DNA of 21,765 nt from a virus (Duplodnaviria; Heunggongvirae; Uroviricota; Caudoviricetes). The DNA is taken from IMG/VR virus record IMGVR_UViG_2690316064_000002; one strand, 5' to 3'. A program made the translations under genes and the position numbers. The notes beneath the pieces are model-generated. The model searched no databases and was not told the origin of the DNA. It saw only the letters and a program-made list of their open reading frames with translations. Of this stretch, positions 1 to 7,425 are shown one piece after another (within the stretch, counting starts at the first letter, position 1; each line of letters begins with the position of its first letter).

Positions 1-310
1 ACTGTACTGCGGCGCGCCAGCTGTTTAATGCGCGGATCCGGAGCATCGTATGAATCCGGCAGCGGAAGCCCTTCACCGTAAGCCATGGCATTGGACTGCC
101 CGGCCAGTACGATGACGTAGTACCACTCCGGCTCAGTTGCACCACTGACGACCACATCACCTTCTGCTGCAATCGCCTGCATCAGGGTATAAGGGGTTAT
201 GGCCACCGGACTACCAAACGGCTGCCAGCCCTCTTTCAGTTTATGTGTCAGCTTTTCCGCAAGGTCTGACGGCGACGCCGCCCTGACAACATCATAATGT
301 TTAATCGACA
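1..310 (-). CDS. NanS-p-like prophage sialate O-acetylesterase, N-terminal part only (gene runs off the left edge of the window)
   Basis: Minus-strand ATG at 310 preceded by GGGAGA; reading frame open to position 1. N-terminus MSIKHYDVVRAASPSDLAEKLTHKLKEGWQPFG... resembles the DUF1737 N-terminal domain of prophage NanS-p esterases, followed by a GQSNA esterase-type motif. Not in the ORF track because it has no stop in the window. Confidence 0.55.
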
Positions 311-397
311 TCGAATTTCTCCCGTGTACAGGAACAGAGTTAAAAAGCCGGAACCGGAATCAAATTACAGGATGGCCATCTGCCAGTGGCAGGTCAT

Positions 398-424
398 AAA
401 AAAAAGGCCGCGCCATGCGCAGCC
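398..424 (-). terminator. Predicted intrinsic terminator (8-bp GC-rich stem with one G-U, 3-nt loop, U8 tract on the minus strand)
   Basis: Plus-strand AAAAAAAA-GGCCGCGCC-ATG-CGCAGCC; on the minus strand the hairpin is followed by eight U. Lies between the AT-rich island and the nanS-p-like gene. Confidence 0.4.
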
Positions 425-854
425 AGAACTCACAAGGAAAATGATAGAAGGAAATAACATTAGTGATGTACGCATGGCGCCTCCCGCTAAGTTCTGCAAT
501 GATCAAACAGAACTCGCTACGTGCCCTTAAAACTCGATCATTTAGCCCCTCCAAGGAGGATTCACCATGCGGTTGATTTTTTAATAAACAGTAAACAAAA
601 AAGTCAAGGATTATTCATTCTGTTTTTTCATCATCGGCCACAGCAATACCACAATGCCGCAGACCAGAGCGCCATCAGTCAGTACCAACATTATCCTGCT
701 GGTGAAATCCATCATCACCATCACTAAAAGCAGGATCACAACAGCAAGCAGACACAGTTTATAAAACAATGTTCAGAAAACGCATTCAGCATGCCTAAGG
801 TTCTATTCCTACGAATAGCCAACTTGCAACTTAAAATATTATTTATGCAGCCAA

Positions 855-1571
855 TTAAATTCTGGTCCTTACAATATCAACCTGAAGATTCTTATCTTGT
901 GCTGATTGATAAATGACAAACCTTTTACTACCTGCATTGAAAGAAGTAGACAAAACCAGACAATTATCATAACGAGCAAGAACATAATACCAACCATCAT
1001 TATAATTAATCATTTCATATTCTTTCTTAAACTGTGGTTTGTAATATCCTGTCAGAAATGAAAAAAGCCAGAAATATGCCACAAAAGCAATCATCACAAT
1101 CTCAAAAAAATGTTTTTTTATAAATGGCTTATCATAGAAGCATGATACCGATAAAAATCGCCCATAAGATCTTATCGAAATTGTAACCGCCAGCGCAATC
1201 GCTGCTGACAGTAGCAAAAGAGGTACCTGAATCTTCTGTCTCAATATAGAAAACTCAATAATTGCCGGCACAAACAATAATTCCACAGCAAAATAAAGGC
1301 GAAATACATTTAGCTCTTGCATAGAATGTTTTCTTTTCACTGCGAAAAAGAATACAACACCAATACCCCAACCGATAAGAAATATAGCAATGACGATAAC
1401 TGCAAAAAATAAACTTCTGGCAACATCATCAACACCTGCACCTACAATCCACCATGGGAAGCCGTAGTAAAAAGAAGTACCCCATCCATAGAAATAAGCA
1501 CTCCCCCATCCAAGGCATCCCATGTAGGCAATAAAAAGTGAAGAACTCCTGAGCAGCGCACCATCCTTCAT
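855..1571 (-). CDS. Hypothetical polytopic inner-membrane protein (about 5 TM helices plus a roughly 55-aa C-terminal soluble domain); late-region cargo gene in an AT-rich island
   Basis: Track ORF 855..1613. I prefer the ATG at 1571 (MKDGALL..., preceded by GGGGTGG) because the predicted promoter -10 overlaps the ATG at 1613. Hydrophobic segments include LFIAYMGCLGWGSAYFYGWG, SLFFAVIVIAIFLIGWGIGVVFFFAV and FFEIVMIAFVAYFWLFSFLTGYY. No family recognised. Confidence 0.6.
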   Translation of the reverse strand: MKDGALLRSSSLFIAYMGCLGWGSAYFYGWGTSFYYGFPWWIVGAGVDDVARSLFFAVIVIAIFLIGWGIGVVFFFAVKRKHSMQELNVFRLYFAVELLFVPAIIEFSILRQKIQVPLLLLSAAIALAVTISIRSYGRFLSVSCFYDKPFIKKHFFEIVMIAFVAYFWLFSFLTGYYKPQFKKEYEMINYNDGWYYVLARYDNCLVLSTSFNAGSKRFVIYQSAQDKNLQVDIVRTRI

Positions 1572-1608
1572 AACCACCCCAATACAAGATGATAACATTG
1601 GCTTACAA

Positions 1609-1638
1609 CTCATAACAAAAGCAATTCAATGCCGTCAA
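1609..1638 (-). promoter_or_regulatory. Candidate sigma70 promoter for the membrane-protein cargo gene (-35 TTGACG, 18-bp spacer, extended -10 TGtTATGAG)
   Basis: Minus-strand reading: TTGACG (1638-1633), 18 nt, TG then TATGAG (1614-1609). The -10 overlaps the first in-frame ATG (1613), which argues for the downstream start at 1571. Confidence 0.3.
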
Positions 1639-1779
1639 GAGGTTACAGGCTAAAAAAACTCTATTACATTGCAGTCAGCATGTTTACTACACAAATACAA
1701 TTCAGAGCATAAAAACTACTCGGCGGCAGGTTATTGAGACTCATCAATGACATGTAAAAAACGCCCATTATTGATGTCA

Positions 1780-1850
1780 AGTTTCCCCAAAGTTATTCAA
1801 AAAGTCAATATTATGCCGTTAATATGTTGCCATCCGTGGCAATCATGGCG
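1780..1850 (-). promoter_or_regulatory. pR'-like late promoter / qut region immediately downstream of Q
   Basis: Minus-strand TTGACTTTTTGAATAACTTTGGGGAAACTTGAC closely resembles lambda pR' (TTGACTTATTGAATAAAATTGGGTAAATTTGAC); -35 TTGACT at 1808-1803. The -10 reads GAAACT rather than lambda TAAATT. Confidence 0.5.
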
Positions 1851-2474
1851 CTAACGTGTGATCGCATTCAAAATGTTGTCTGCGATTGACTCTTCCTTGT
1901 GGCATTGCACAACCAGAGCGTCATACAGCGGCTTAACAGTGCGTGACCAGGTGGGTTGGGTAAGGTTTGGGATTAGCATCGTCACAGCGCGATATGCGGC
2001 GCTTGCTGGCATTCTTGAATAACCGACGCCTTTACATCTTCCGCACTCTTTCTCAGCAACTATCCCCCACTGCTCTGTTTTGGCTATATCAACCGCACGG
2101 CCTGTACCGTGGCAATCTCTGCATCTTGCGCCCGGCGTAGCAGCACTACGGCAATAATCCGCATAAGCGAATGTTGCGAGCACTTGCAGTACCTTTGCCT
2201 TAGTATTTCCTTCGAGCTTTGCCACACCACGGTATTTCCCCGATACCTTGTGTGCAAATTGCATCAGATAGTTGATAGCCTTTTGTTTGTCGTTCTGGCT
2301 GAGTTCATGCTTACCGCAGAATGCAGCCATTCCGAATCCGGCTTGTGATTGCGCCATCCCCATAGCAGCCATCACATCAGTACCGGAAAGAGAGTCAGAA
2401 GCCGTAGCCCGTGGTGAGTCGCTCATCATCGGGCTTTTTGGCGAATGAAATTTAGCTACGCTTTCGAGTCTCAT
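1851..2474 (-). CDS. Q: Late-gene antiterminator Q (lambda Q type)
   Basis: 207-aa translation matches my recollection of lambda Q over its full length (MRLESVAKFHSPKSPMMSDSPRATASD...ADNILNAITR); sits directly upstream of the pR'-like sequence. Confidence 0.93.
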   Translation of the reverse strand: MRLESVAKFHSPKSPMMSDSPRATASDSLSGTDVMAAMGMAQSQAGFGMAAFCGKHELSQNDKQKAINYLMQFAHKVSGKYRGVAKLEGNTKAKVLQVLATFAYADYCRSAATPGARCRDCHGTGRAVDIAKTEQWGIVAEKECGRCKGVGYSRMPASAAYRAVTMLIPNLTQPTWSRTVKPLYDALVVQCHKEESIADNILNAITR

Positions 2475-2659
2475 CGTCTTCCCTTTTTGCCTGGCGTTAC
2501 CATCAGGACGCCGTTAACTATTACGTGACGCTCACCTTTGCTGTCTCGGTTGTACTTGAGCACTGTTCCTCTTGCGCAGGAAAGTATCCTTGCCACTTCG
2601 GTCTGATTACCTCGTGTCTGGATAAGAAGCTCTGGTATCGTTTGAATTGTGGCGTTCAT
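2471..2659 (-). CDS. ninH: NinH-like small DNA-binding protein
   Basis: 62 aa; IPELLIQTRGNQTEVARILSCARGTVLKY parallels lambda NinH (IPDMLVEAYGNQTEVARRLKCSRGTVRKY); stop overlaps the Q start. Confidence 0.75.
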   Translation of the reverse strand: MNATIQTIPELLIQTRGNQTEVARILSCARGTVLKYNRDSKGERHVIVNGVLMVTPGKKGRR

Positions 2660-3018
2660 ACGTTCTCCAGTTCGGTGATTTTTATTCCAAGCCGTCCGCC
2701 TGGTACTTTCACACCACGAATTACGCGAATGTCATCGAATTGCTCGTCGTCTTCCGCAAATCCGGCGTGGATAAGGGAGTCGAGTAAACCTTTCAGGATG
2801 TTATCGAGGTCGCGGCGGCGGGAGTCTGGAACGTCTGCTATGACTTTGATGCGGAGTCGTGATTTGGTGAAAATATCTAACTTGAGTTGGTGGATGATTT
2901 GCTGAACGTCTTTTCGGTATTTCTGGCCTTTATCGCTGATGTAGTATTGGCTTCCCCGTCTTCGCCAGTAGGTATTCACCGACGGCGGGTATGGAAGCAC
3001 AAACTGATATTCGTTCAT
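2656..3018 (-). CDS. rusA: RusA-family Holliday-junction resolvase
   Basis: 120 aa with RusA-like motifs (LPYPPSVNTYWRRRG..., DVPDSRRRDLDNILKGLLDSL...GGRLGIKITEL); overlapping stop/start with neighbours. Confidence 0.88.
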   Translation of the reverse strand: MNEYQFVLPYPPSVNTYWRRRGSQYYISDKGQKYRKDVQQIIHQLKLDIFTKSRLRIKVIADVPDSRRRDLDNILKGLLDSLIHAGFAEDDEQFDDIRVIRGVKVPGGRLGIKITELENV

Positions 3019-3305
3019 GACTTAATCTTCCCCTCCTTCAGCAGTATCGCCTGCGTCCTGATTACGCCTTCGAGGTGGTAAAGTCTGGCGTCTTTGTTGT
3101 CGAGATTATGGGTGCGTCTGTCGATTTCATCGTGACACGCGCTACAAGCCCATGCGCCGATCAGGTCTTCAGGCTTCATTCCAGTTCCGCAAATTCCAGC
3201 CATCCGGTAATGTGCCAGAACTGTAGTTTCAGGATTGCCATTGCATATGCCGTAAATACGAACCTGGCATTCTCTGCCGCGTGCTTCTTTGCGTAGGTTA
3301 GCCAT
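3015..3305 (-). CDS. ybcO: YbcO-like protein (DUF1364, putative nuclease)
   Basis: 96 aa; ARGRECQVRIYGICNGNPETTVLAHYR...CSACHDEIDRRTH resembles DLP12 YbcO; same gene order as DLP12 (ybcO-rusA). Confidence 0.7.
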   Translation of the reverse strand: MANLRKEARGRECQVRIYGICNGNPETTVLAHYRMAGICGTGMKPEDLIGAWACSACHDEIDRRTHNLDNKDARLYHLEGVIRTQAILLKEGKIKS

Positions 3306-4018
3306 TAAGCAGCCTCCCCTGTTACTTTCAGCATTCCGTTATCGAGCAGCTTTCTGGTCAGCCACTGTTGACCACGCCCGGTGATTTTTGTGGTGAACGA
3401 TATCTGTATTCCGTGATTTGTGTTGACCGCTGTTTCTTTCACTGTGAAATAGCCGCGCTCCATATATTCCTGCATTGGCACATTTCGCCGGGAACCTGAA
3501 GCAATAAGGATTTTGTGATCACGCATCCACGCAAACAGTTTGTTTGGACCAATACCAACAACCTTTGCATAGTTTCCAATCAAAATTCCGCTGGCCTCGC
3601 CAACGCGATCGGCAAACTCAACTTTAGGTGCGGCAATTGCGAGCTGGTTTTCTAGTTGCATTTTCTGCTCAGCAAGATCAGCAGCAAGGCGTAACGCTTC
3701 TGGTAGCGTTTTTGGGATATTAACCGCAGCTTCTTCAAGCTCTCGCCAACGGTCAACAAGACGAGCGGTGAATTCCGGCGACAACTGGGCAACGACAATA
3801 ATGCTGTCGCGCTTACCTTGTTCTCCTTCGAAGATGTAATAGCTTACCGGTCGGCCTGCGGTGGGCTTCTCCCCCATTGGGGGAAAAGCTATTACACCTC
3901 GTCCCGCCAGTCGTTCAATAGATTGTTTCACCTTGTCATGACGACTTCCCACCAACTCAGCGATTTCAATGCTGGTCATTTTGATGGCGTTGCTATTTAT
4001 CAGCTCATTCATTGTCAT
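3305..4018 (-). CDS. Rha-family phage regulatory protein with C-terminal antirepressor (KilAC/ANT-like) domain
   Basis: 237 aa; N-terminus MTSIEIAELVGSRHDKVKQSIERLAGRGVI is a typical Rha N-domain; the C-terminal half resembles antirepressor C-domains; SD GAGAGG upstream. Confidence 0.75.
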   Translation of the reverse strand: MTMNELINSNAIKMTSIEIAELVGSRHDKVKQSIERLAGRGVIAFPPMGEKPTAGRPVSYYIFEGEQGKRDSIIVVAQLSPEFTARLVDRWRELEEAAVNIPKTLPEALRLAADLAEQKMQLENQLAIAAPKVEFADRVGEASGILIGNYAKVVGIGPNKLFAWMRDHKILIASGSRRNVPMQEYMERGYFTVKETAVNTNHGIQISFTTKITGRGQQWLTRKLLDNGMLKVTGEAA

Positions 4019-4042
4019 GTCCTCTCATATTGAAAATTCAGC

Positions 4043-4073
4043 AATAAAAAACCCAGCCGAAGCTGGGTTTGTT
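4043..4073 (-). terminator. Intrinsic terminator (CCCAGC-CGAA-GCTGGG hairpin flanked by A/T runs; potentially bidirectional)
   Basis: Minus-strand hairpin followed by UUUUUUAUU; lies between the P63C-like gene and rha. Confidence 0.6.
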
Positions 4074-4135
4074 AAGTTGTCAATGGTCAGTAGTAATGCA
4101 GTGAAGGAGGTAAACTTACGCTGAAGGATTTGTAC

Positions 4136-4156
4136 AAAAAAACCACCTGAAGGTGG
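4136..4156 (-). terminator. Intrinsic terminator (CCACC-TGAA-GGTGG hairpin plus U7) 8 nt after the P63C-like gene stop
   Basis: Plus-strand AAAAAAA-CCACCTGAAGGTGG; on the minus strand the hairpin is followed by seven U. Confidence 0.6.
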
Positions 4157-4163
4157 GTTACTG

Positions 4164-5177
4164 TTACTTGTCTGAATCATCCAGTTCGTCTGTTTTCACA
4201 TCCTCAAACCTTGGATGCAGGCGATTCATTTTTGCAATAAAATCTGAATAGTCGTTAGATAGCTTCATAATCGTAACGGTTGATGACAGATGCTCTCTTA
4301 ATTTTTGATATCCAATATTTGGCGTCAGCCCCTGAAACAACTTTGTACCTTTTGAGGCCTTTACGTTCTGCTTTTTAAGCTCCTCAAGGATGTTTGGTGC
4401 CAATCTCTTGTAGACGATATCATTTGTCAAAACGCCAAAATACTGAGGCCGGAAGCGGGGATTTTCCGGCGGGTATTCTAAGCCCCTTAACCTGAAAAGC
4501 TCTTCATAATAATCAGCAGGAAATGTTGTAATATAAGGTTGAATTTCCTTTGCGACAAAGGCCTCGAGTATTTTGGCGAGCGCATCTTTTTCTCTATCTC
4601 GCTGGTACCCCGTCGCTTCATCAACAAGCGCTATTATTCCGACTTTAGCTAATGAGCGCACCAGAATTTCAGCTTTCTTGGCTGTCTCTAACTGGTTTGG
4701 CCTGGTGATAGCGCCTGCCTCTCTTGCCTTTAAATAAACATCGCAGACAAGAGGTATTATGGATGCGTCATAACCTTCCTGGACGGAGCCAGTAATCGTC
4801 TTGTATTTGACCTTATTGATCACATCCATAACATCTTGATTTATATATTTTTTAAGGTTTGCAGCATCCATAAAAGCGGGCATATTGATCACCCCCTCTT
4901 CTTGAGGTGCTCTACCCCCTCTTTGTGGTCGGCCAAATGCTTTAAAAACAGAAGCTTGTGATATGATACGCCGTCCATTTTCGAGAACCGCGACATCTAA
5001 TTCCGCATCACCGATCTTTAACTTTCCCTCATTCGCAGATACGGGCAATAAAGCTTTTTCTTTTTTTGCGGCAACAGCCTTTCTTGAGGATTCTTTTCTT
5101 TGCTCTGCTGTCATTTTTGCCGCGCGTGCCTTACCGCCTTTGGCCTTCCCACTAACATCATCATTTTTCATGAGCAT
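4164..5177 (-). CDS. P63C-domain-like phage protein (basic N-terminal region plus conserved C-terminal domain); start uncertain
   Basis: Track ORF 4164..5231 begins at a TTG; likely start is an internal ATG (MLMKNDDVSG..., 5177). C-terminal region TFPADYYEELFRLRGLEYPPENPRFRPQYFGVLTNDIVYKRL... matches my memory of the P63C domain (assignment from memory). Confidence 0.55.
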   Translation of the reverse strand: MLMKNDDVSGKAKGGKARAAKMTAEQRKESSRKAVAAKKEKALLPVSANEGKLKIGDAELDVAVLENGRRIISQASVFKAFGRPQRGGRAPQEEGVINMPAFMDAANLKKYINQDVMDVINKVKYKTITGSVQEGYDASIIPLVCDVYLKAREAGAITRPNQLETAKKAEILVRSLAKVGIIALVDEATGYQRDREKDALAKILEAFVAKEIQPYITTFPADYYEELFRLRGLEYPPENPRFRPQYFGVLTNDIVYKRLAPNILEELKKQNVKASKGTKLFQGLTPNIGYQKLREHLSSTVTIMKLSNDYSDFIAKMNRLHPRFEDVKTDELDDSDK

Positions 5178-5202
5178 ATCTCGTGTTGTGATTGATAAGT
5201 CA

Positions 5203-5249
5203 ATCATACACATGCACGTTGTAACGTGCAATATTTAAATATGCACGTA
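5203..5249 (-). promoter_or_regulatory. Candidate promoter (-35 TTGCAC, 17 bp, -10 TATGAT) overlapped by an operator-like array of three TGCACGT(T/A) half-sites
   Basis: 18-bp palindrome TGCACGTT-gt-AACGTGCA (5213-5230) plus a third copy TGCACGTA (5242-5249); minus-strand -35 at 5231-5226 and -10 at 5208-5203. Confidence 0.35.
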
Positions 5250-5394
5250 AATTGCGAATCAGATAATGAGGAGACTTTCTCCCCCTTGCACTGACATCAT
5301 GGTATTCTGCTCAAAACTAAATTTCTGGAGCGTTTCGTTGGAAGGTATTTGCAGTTTTCGCAGATTATGTCGGTGATGCTTCGTCGCTGTCGTC

Positions 5395-5805
5395 TCATTC
5401 GTACCTCCTGTCGGTAAATCTGACACCCTGACCAATAGCCCAGGCTGTTGTGTACTCGATCAGACTTGCCATACGCTTCACGCTCATCTGCGCGCTGCTT
5501 TCGCGAATGTTGACGTATTCGCCTTCAAGCCCGGGCAAAACATCAGCTTCCTGCTTTGTTGCCACTGCATGACCGCTAATCAACAAAACCTTCCATTGTT
5601 CTGGTTTTAACCACTTATCGCACCATTGAACCTGACGTGCGATATCCGCCAGCATCGCGTGAAATTTTGCGTTCTGGTCAAGGTTGCGCTTGTAGTCAGT
5701 AATGCGGATGGTGACTGGCTTGTCTTTATCGAGAGGAGTTGCGAGGATGGCGTTGATTGCGGCTTGCTGTTGTTGCTTAGTTCGGAGGAAGATTGTTTGC
5801 TTCAT
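5395..5805 (-). CDS. ninB: NinB-family protein (lambda Orf/NinB-like recombination mediator), divergent from lambda NinB
   Basis: 136 aa; shared pattern with lambda NinB (QQ.AI.A, KP, RNLDQN.K, RQV.W...WL..E.WK); strong SD GAAGGAG; start 2 nt after the upstream gene stop. Confidence 0.65.
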   Translation of the reverse strand: MKQTIFLRTKQQQQAAINAILATPLDKDKPVTIRITDYKRNLDQNAKFHAMLADIARQVQWCDKWLKPEQWKVLLISGHAVATKQEADVLPGLEGEYVNIRESSAQMSVKRMASLIEYTTAWAIGQGVRFTDRRYE

Positions 5806-5807
5806 CG

Positions 5808-6140
5808 TTACTCCTTCACTTTGACTTCAGCGGCTATGATGGCTTTCATCACTGCAATTACCGTTTTGTCCTTCCCATCCTCATGCCCCATCGCATAAGC
5901 GCCTTCTTCGCCACCTTTCCAAAAGTTGTCATTCGATTCGGGCCAGTCGATATCCAGTTCAATAGCTGCTCGCGATGCCTGCCACGTTTGCCAGTGGCCT
6001 TGAACATCGTCCATCACGTATTGACCACCAATATTACCGCTGCCAATTTCATGGTGATTTTCAGGGTAACGGATAAGGTCTGAGGATTCGCCTCCACGTC
6101 GCAACCAACTTTCTTCAAACTGCTTTCTTGATTCGTCCAT
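5808..6140 (-). CDS. Hypothetical acidic, Trp-rich 110-aa protein
   Basis: Complete ORF with GAGGA upstream; stop (5808-5810) abuts the ninB-like start (TAAcgATG). No family recognised. Confidence 0.5.
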   Translation of the reverse strand: MDESRKQFEESWLRRGGESSDLIRYPENHHEIGSGNIGGQYVMDDVQGHWQTWQASRAAIELDIDWPESNDNFWKGGEEGAYAMGHEDGKDKTVIAVMKAIIAAEVKVKE

Positions 6141-6157
6141 CGATACTTATCCTCAGT

Positions 6158-6364
6158 TCAACTCACAAAACGCCACGCCATTTTTGCTACAGCGACAGGC
6201 GCAACACCGATAATCACCCACAGGAGAATGCTACCGAAAAGCACACCCACCAGGTCTTTACCTTCGCCTACCAACCGGACAAAACTTCCGACAACCGCAA
6301 TGAACGTCGACACCATCCACATAGCACCGAGAATCCTCAATGCAGAGAAAATTAACTCAGCCAC
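6158..6364 (-). CDS. Hypothetical small membrane protein (68 aa, two predicted TM helices), GTG start
   Basis: GTG start at 6364 preceded by GGGGGAGAG; hydrophobic segments WMVSTFIAVVGSFV and VGVLFGSILLWVIIGVAPVAV. Confidence 0.5.
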   Translation of the reverse strand: MAELIFSALRILGAMWMVSTFIAVVGSFVRLVGEGKDLVGVLFGSILLWVIIGVAPVAVAKMAWRFVS

Positions 6365-6380
6365 GATTTACTCTCCCCCA

Positions 6381-6411
6381 AATAAAAAGGCCTGCGATTA
6401 CCAGCAGGCCT
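6381..6411 (-). terminator. Intrinsic terminator downstream of ren (AGGCCTGC-loop-GCAGGCCT, then U-rich tract); tR2-like position
   Basis: 8-bp perfect stem with 8-nt loop; minus strand continues UUUUAUU; located 26 nt after the ren stop. Confidence 0.55.
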
Positions 6412-6436
6412 GTTATTAGCTCAGTGATGTAGATGG

Positions 6437-6727
6437 TCATCTTTTAACTCCATATACCGCCAATACCCGTTTCATCGCGGCACTCTGGCAACACTCCTTA
6501 AAAATCAGGTTCGTGCTCATCTTTCCTTCCCGTTCTTCCTTGGTAGCAAACCGGTAATACACCGTTCGCCAGACCTTACCTTCGATAACCAGAAGACCTG
6601 CCCGTGCCATTTTAGCCGCGGCCTGATTTATGCTGGTTACTGTTGCGCCTGTTAACGCGGCAACGTCCGGCGCACAGAAGCTATTATGCGTCCCCAGGTA
6701 ATGAATAATTGCCTCTTTGCCCGTCAT
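6437..6727 (-). CDS. ren: Ren (lambda-type, Rex-exclusion escape protein)
   Basis: 96 aa, MTGKEAIIHYLGTHNSFCAPDVAALTGATVTSINQAAAKMARAG...; matches lambda Ren as I recall it; stop overlaps P. Confidence 0.88.
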   Translation of the reverse strand: MTGKEAIIHYLGTHNSFCAPDVAALTGATVTSINQAAAKMARAGLLVIEGKVWRTVYYRFATKEEREGKMSTNLIFKECCQSAAMKRVLAVYGVKR

Positions 6728-7425
6728 ACACTTGCTCCTTTCAGTCCGAACTTAGCTTTAATTTCTGCGATCTTCGCCAGCGCCTGAACACGATTTAGAG
6801 GTCTGCCGCCCATGACAGGAAGTTGTTTTACTGGTTCAGGTATCGTCTCACCACGGTTAATTCGCGCTGTCATACAGGTCAGTTCATCGGCAGCCTTACG
6901 GCGTAATTCCGCATCAGTAAGCGCATTGGCCCGCATGTTCTGATACAGGTTGGTGACCAGCCAGTAGTGCGCGTTTGATTTCCACGGATAAGACTCCGCA
7001 TCCGGATACAGGCCACGCTTCCGGCAATACTCGTAAACCATATCAACCAGCTCGCTGACGTTTGGCAGTCCGGCGATAACGGATGCTTCTTCCCGGCACC
7101 ATGCAACAAACTGCCCGGGAGATGGCAGAAATGGTCGATTCTGCCGACGGGCTACGCGCATTCCTGCGTTAACCTGTTCCATTGTGGTGATCCCGTTTTC
7201 CCGGAAAGCCAGAACCCACTGGCGGCGGATTTCGTTCAGTTCGTTCTGGTCACGGTTAGCCAGGCTCGCCGGGAAAGTTGCCAGTAACTGGCTGAACACA
7301 CCGTTGATGATCTGCGCTACCTGCTGTACCTGCGGCTTTTCGTCGTACTGTTCCGGCATGTTGTTGGCGATCCGACGCATCTGCTCACGGTCAAAATTAA
7401 CCATCTGTGCGGCGATGTTTTTCAT
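6724..7425 (-). CDS. P: Replication protein P (DnaB helicase loader)
   Basis: 233 aa, same length and sequence character as lambda P; overlaps the O stop. Confidence 0.93.
   Translation of the reverse strand: MKNIAAQMVNFDREQMRRIANNMPEQYDEKPQVQQVAQIINGVFSQLLATFPASLANRDQNELNEIRRQWVLAFRENGITTMEQVNAGMRVARRQNRPFLPSPGQFVAWCREEASVIAGLPNVSELVDMVYEYCRKRGLYPDAESYPWKSNAHYWLVTNLYQNMRANALTDAELRRKAADELTCMTARINRGETIPEPVKQLPVMGGRPLNRVQALAKIAEIKAKFGLKGASV

Noticed and set aside
297-727. Track ORFs 297..530 (+), 360..554 (-) and 521..727 (+, ending in HHHHH)
   Set aside because: Mutually overlapping frames in an intergenic region carrying a terminator and palindromes, with no ribosome-binding sites and odd composition. 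The His run is just the reverse complement of the small minus-strand hydrophobic ORF.
1614-1780. tR' terminator after the pR'-like promoter
   Set aside because: Only weak, imperfect hairpins without a proper U-tract are present; none is convincing enough to call.
311-1850. tRNA genes downstream of Q, as in Stx phages
   Set aside because: I scanned both strands for T-loop-like GTTCRANYC motifs flanked by acceptor-stem complementarity and found none.
2109-3081. Plus-strand track ORFs 2109..2348, 2525..2905, 2887..3081 antisense to Q, ninH and rusA
   Set aside because: Shadow ORFs opposite well-supported genes, with no independent signals.
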